This document shows positions 6,929 through 10,296 of a stretch of 10,296 nt of DNA, piece by piece. The DNA is from Candidatus Aegiribacteria sp. (GTDB lineage: Bacteria; Fermentibacterota; Fermentibacteria; Fermentibacterales; JCC-6). Both the position numbers and the translations under genes were made by a program. The stretch spans positions 1 through 10,296 of the forward strand of contig JAWOBF010000095.1 in the NCBI GenBank assembly GCA_046498225.1, read 5' to 3'. Positions within the stretch are counted from its first letter, which is position 1, and each line of letters begins with the position of its first letter. The notes under the pieces are model-generated. The model did no database searches. It worked only from the letters and a program-made list of their open reading frames with translations, and was not told the origin of the DNA.

Positions 6929-9346
6929 TTACTTCACCTGTTCCTTGGACTTTCCAGGGAACGGAGCCCACACTATCAGCATCCGCTGAATTGTGATGTT
7001 CTTCTTTAGAGGCTTTATGCTCACGGTTTCCAGTTCCTCCTCGGACGGATTGAATGAGTTCTTTATCTCCTCCAGCTCTCGGGTCATCTGTTCGTTCAGC
7101 TCCTCCAGGTCGCCCCTGAGCCTTTCCAGTTTATCCCTGGCCAGTTCAACGTCCTGCTTTTCTCTGAGGGCCCTGCTGGCGCTTCGTGCCGAGGTGGTGG
7201 CCCGACCCACGGAAGACCGTCCTCCTCCGAGTAGAGCTCCGAGAACTGTAGCTCCCAGGGAAATGGTGGTCTGGACCTTATGGTGCTTCTGCTGCTCCTT
7301 TTCCTTTTCCAGCCTCTGCTCGGCGGTGAATATCTTGTTTTCCAGGGATTCTATCTTCCTGCCGTAATCGGCTTTCAGTTTCTCCATCAGTTCATCACGC
7401 TTCTCGTGCGCCGCCGTCTGGAGCCTTATCCTGAAATCCCGCTCCTCTTCACCGGGGGAGGAGAGGATACCGACTGAGGGACTCTTCAGAAGGTCCAGCG
7501 TCCGGTTCCTGTAGACCCAGTCCTTGAGCGTCCGCTCCCAGGCTTTGACAATCTTTTTATCGGAGAGGTAGGGAGGGGGTTCGGTGAAGGTGGAATTCGC
7601 CCGGGGTTCGGAAAGAAGGTCATCAAAGTCCAGGTCAGTTGCCACAGCATCCTCCCAGGAGGGTAACGGGTCTTCCGGGTCCAGGATTCTCAGCAGGTTC
7701 ACATCGCTTTTTGAGGAGATGCCTTTTCGTGTGTCCAGGTAGTACACCGTGCCAAGGCCCCAGGCCGCCAGCCGGTAGACCGGTCCTTCTGTTCCGGTAC
7801 TACGTTCCTGCAGAGGAAGGAATCCCGGCATCAGATGGGAAGGAATAACAGGGGGGTCTACTCTTGTCGCGGTGTCTTCCGATACAGGGGGAGGAGGGGA
7901 CGGGGTTGAGGATATGCCAGTTGCCGATGGTTCGGCGTGATTACCTGACAGGGACTTTATCTGCTCCCGGGTAAGCGGCCCCCTCAGGTACGATAGAACC
8001 CATCGAGTGTTGAACACCTGGGAGTGGTCACGATGTACGCTGTTCAGCAGGAATACTCTCTTGTCCAGCTTTCCGATTATTTCCCTGAGCGCTTTGAGAC
8101 TCAGATCACTGCCCATTACGCTCTCGGTATCCTTGAGACCGTCGATTATCCTGTCCTGGTCCTGCTGTGTCTGAAGACGGCCTATGAACCATGTGCCTGT
8201 ATTGGAAAGACCCTTGTAGTCCAGGTCCACCGGGTTCTGAGTGGTCAGGACCATTCCCAGTCCGTAGGCCCTGGCCTGTTTCAGGAGGGTGAGCAGGGGT
8301 TTCTTGGACGGCGGGTTGGCCACCGGCGGGAAATAGCCGAATATCTCGTCCATGTAGCATATCGCCCGGAGGCTGGATGTTCCAGGCTGGGTCCTCATCC
8401 AGTTCACCAGCTGGGTCAGAAGCAGGGAGACCGTGAACATCCTCTGGGCCTCGCTGAGATGGGCGATGGAAAAGATGGAGACCTTCGGCTTCCCCTCAGG
8501 GGTGAAGAGGAAGCGGTCGATGTTCAGAGGCTCCCCCTCCAGCCAGGTCTCGAATCCCGGAGCTGCCAGAAGGTTGTTTATTCTCATGGCCAGCTTGGAC
8601 CTTTCCCTCTTCGGATAGAAAGACTCCATGTCCATTACGCCTATCCTCTTGAAGGGCGGGTTCTGGATCATTCCTATCATCATGCCCAGGTCCACATCCC
8701 TGCCTTCCTCCCAGGAGTTCTTGAACAGATTCGAAAGAAGGATGTGCTCCCTGCTCTGCAGGGGGTCGGCTTCCATGTCCAGAAGGGTAAGGAGACTGGT
8801 AACGGTGGATTCGATGACTTCAGTAAAGAGATCCCTGTCATCCCTGATCTCGGGAGGAGGGACGCAAAGCGAACTCAGAATTGAGACAGGCATGCCCGCC
8901 GTGCTTCCGGGTGTGTAGATACAAAAATCCGCCGAGTCTCTCAATCGCTGTATCCTGGACGGGTCCTGTCCCCATTTCGCGAGACCCTTCCTCCAGAGCT
9001 GGGCCTGGGACTCGGCGTACTGCTGCAGGGACATTCCATTGTTCTCCGCCTCCTGATGGTTTATCCAGGGGATGAATTCCTCGGGAGTCAGGCCCGGGAA
9101 GGTCAGCATCAGGTTGCAGAGATCGCCCTTGGGATCGATTATGATGGAGGGTATCCCGTCGATGGCAGCCTCCTCCAGGAGTCCCACACAGAGTCCGGTC
9201 TTGCCGCTTCCGGTCATACCGATGCATACAGCGTGGGTAGTTAGCTCCTTCGAGGCAAGCAGCAGCGGCCGCTCAAGTACCCTGCCGCTGTCGGGATCGT
9301 AATCCCTGCCCAGATAGAAAAGGCCGAGTTTCTCGTAATTGTCCAT
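6929..9346 (-). CDS. HerA/FtsK-superfamily P-loop ATPase (DUF87/DUF853-like) with a C-terminal coiled coil
   Basis: The protein has Walker A THAVCIGMTGSGKT, IIIDPKGD, Walker B ICYMDE, the arginine-finger segment LLKQARAYGLG, and LTTQNP. A Pro-rich linker, a coiled coil and a Gly-rich hydrophobic patch LGATVLGALLGG follow. The start is placed at MDNYEKLGLFYLGR (9346); ATG 9358 is an alternative. Confidence 0.92.
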   Translation of the reverse strand: MDNYEKLGLFYLGRDYDPDSGRVLERPLLLASKELTTHAVCIGMTGSGKTGLCVGLLEEAAIDGIPSIIIDPKGDLCNLMLTFPGLTPEEFIPWINHQEAENNGMSLQQYAESQAQLWRKGLAKWGQDPSRIQRLRDSADFCIYTPGSTAGMPVSILSSLCVPPPEIRDDRDLFTEVIESTVTSLLTLLDMEADPLQSREHILLSNLFKNSWEEGRDVDLGMMIGMIQNPPFKRIGVMDMESFYPKRERSKLAMRINNLLAAPGFETWLEGEPLNIDRFLFTPEGKPKVSIFSIAHLSEAQRMFTVSLLLTQLVNWMRTQPGTSSLRAICYMDEIFGYFPPVANPPSKKPLLTLLKQARAYGLGMVLTTQNPVDLDYKGLSNTGTWFIGRLQTQQDQDRIIDGLKDTESVMGSDLSLKALREIIGKLDKRVFLLNSVHRDHSQVFNTRWVLSYLRGPLTREQIKSLSGNHAEPSATGISSTPSPPPPVSEDTATRVDPPVIPSHLMPGFLPLQERSTGTEGPVYRLAAWGLGTVYYLDTRKGISSKSDVNLLRILDPEDPLPSWEDAVATDLDFDDLLSEPRANSTFTEPPPYLSDKKIVKAWERTLKDWVYRNRTLDLLKSPSVGILSSPGEEERDFRIRLQTAAHEKRDELMEKLKADYGRKIESLENKIFTAEQRLEKEKEQQKHHKVQTTISLGATVLGALLGGGRSSVGRATTSARSASRALREKQDVELARDKLERLRGDLEELNEQMTRELEEIKNSFNPSEEELETVSIKPLKKNITIQRMLIVWAPFPGKSKEQVK

Positions 9347-9615
9347 TATCGCAGCCATGCCTTCCAGTAAACGTATTAGCGGATCCGCCTTTATGCCCGA
9401 TCGAGTCACTCCCTGCGCAAGAGCCGGCATTCATGCCATGCACAGGCTCTGGAAGAGCCCTTTTCCCGGCAGGGAAAGATACCTTATACAAGGGCTCCTG
9501 TTCGCCGGTAACTTCACATCGCGGAGTTACCCGGTTCAACACTCTGTTTGATTAACTGTTCGCCTGAAGAAAACATAACCATGAAAGCCCCGTCCTGCCA
9601 TATATCGCAGGTTCG

Positions 9616-9649
9616 TTGCGTCGAAGTAATCCTGTGTGTATTATATAAT
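9616..9649 (+). promoter_or_regulatory. Candidate sigma70-type promoter of kbp
   Basis: TTGCGT (9616-9621), 17 nt, TATTAT (9639-9644). An overlapping perfect TATAAT lies at 9644-9649. Confidence 0.5.
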
Positions 9650-9694
9650 TCCGGGGGAATGTATCTTCGGCTTTTGATGAAGGGCGGTGCGGCA

Positions 9695-10147
9695 ATGGGG
9701 GTTATGGATTTCATGAAGGAAGCCGGCGAGAAACTGGCGGAGATGGGGCAGAACGCCGAGATGGCCAAGAAGATCGAGGAACGCATAGGTCATTTCGGTA
9801 TCGGTATCAAGGGTCTTGAGGTGTCAGTGGACGATGATACCGCTACAGTTAAGGGGTTCCCCGCTTCCGAGGAAGATCGGGAGAAAGCTCTGCTCGTAGC
9901 CGGCAACGTCAGGGGTATAGGCAGGGTCTCCGACCAGATGAGGGTCAAGGGCGCACTGCCGAAATCGGGTAAGGCCGGACATACGAAGACGCGTTTTCAT
10001 ACGGTGCAGAAGGGCGACACGCTTTCCGCGATCGCCAAGAAGTTCTACGGCAGCCCCAACGATTACATGAAGATCTTCAAGGCCAACAAGCCGATGCTGG
10101 ACAGTCCGGACAAGATCTACCCCGGGCAGGTGCTGCGCATACCCTGA
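9695..10147 (+). CDS. kbp: BON-LysM protein, Kbp/YgaU family (cytoplasmic potassium-binding protein homologue)
   Basis: The N-terminus MGVMDFMKEAGEKL matches the family pattern MG..F.K.AGEKL. It has a BON domain ending EKALLVAGNVRGIGRVSDQM and a LysM domain FHTVQKGDTLSAIAKKFYG....YMKIF.ANKPML.SPDKIYPGQVLRIP. It is 150 aa with no signal peptide; the start is trimmed from TTG 9548. Confidence 0.93.
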   Translation: MGVMDFMKEAGEKLAEMGQNAEMAKKIEERIGHFGIGIKGLEVSVDDDTATVKGFPASEEDREKALLVAGNVRGIGRVSDQMRVKGALPKSGKAGHTKTRFHTVQKGDTLSAIAKKFYGSPNDYMKIFKANKPMLDSPDKIYPGQVLRIP

Positions 10148-10170
10148 CTGTTATTCAAGGGACGGAGGGA

Positions 10171-10296
10171 TTTAATTTTCTGAAGCACAATAAAATGATG
10201 ATATCTGATTCTAGCTTTAAATAAACTTAAAGTAGATTTGAAGATTCTTTATACGGAGATATTTGATTGTACTAATTATTTATCTTCAACGAATAA
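10171..10296. other. AT-rich segment (compositional break)
   Basis: A hand count gives 29 G+C in 126 nt (about 23%), in contrast to the GC-rich genes upstream. All three minus-strand frames hit stops quickly. Confidence 0.8.

Noticed and set aside
6993..9302. ORFs antisense or out of frame within the ATPase, including 8024..8884 (286 aa)
   Set aside because: They fully overlap a strongly supported gene and have no independent motifs.
9379..9694. c-di-AMP (ydaO) riboswitch ahead of the K+-related gene, or a sigma54 promoter near 9586-9600 (-)
   Set aside because: The conserved ydaO segments are not seen, and the GG/GC spacing of the TGGCA element is one base off the -24/-12 rule.
9273..9786. 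ORFs 9273..9542, 9339..9551, 9514..9786 and the 5' extensions of the ATPase (9430) and kbp (9548)
   Set aside because: Family N-termini point to starts at 9346 and 9695. The rest looks like divergent regulatory DNA.
1..10296. CRISPR array, tRNA/rRNA, IS or integrase, or a HerA-based defence operon
   Set aside because: I found no spaced direct repeats, RNA gene signatures or recombinase motifs by eye, and the ATPase has no adjacent effector gene.

Overview
A bacterial chromosomal window, GC-rich through most of its length, with no RNA genes, CRISPR array or transposase that I can support. From left to right it holds: (1) a minus-strand operon of a PadR-family regulator and a truncated membrane protein with a HAAS/DUF1700-like N-terminus, which is missing from the ORF track, under a near-consensus sigma70 promoter overlapped by an inverted repeat; (2) a small exported protein with a DxNxDG motif; (3) an uncharacterised protein with two copies of an unusual 4-Cys motif; (4) a two-TM hypothetical protein; (5) a TonB-dependent receptor with an N-terminal carboxypeptidase-regulatory-like domain; (6) a large HerA/FtsK-superfamily (DUF87/DUF853-like) ATPase; (7) a divergent BON-LysM Kbp/YgaU homologue; and (8) an abrupt drop to about 23% GC in the last 126 nt. 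The receptor architecture suggests an FCB-group diderm host, which is inference only. The best novelty candidates are the duplicated-Cys-motif protein, the hairpin-dense region upstream of the ATPase, and the PadR/HAAS module with its probable operator. I see no evidence that these genes form a single system.
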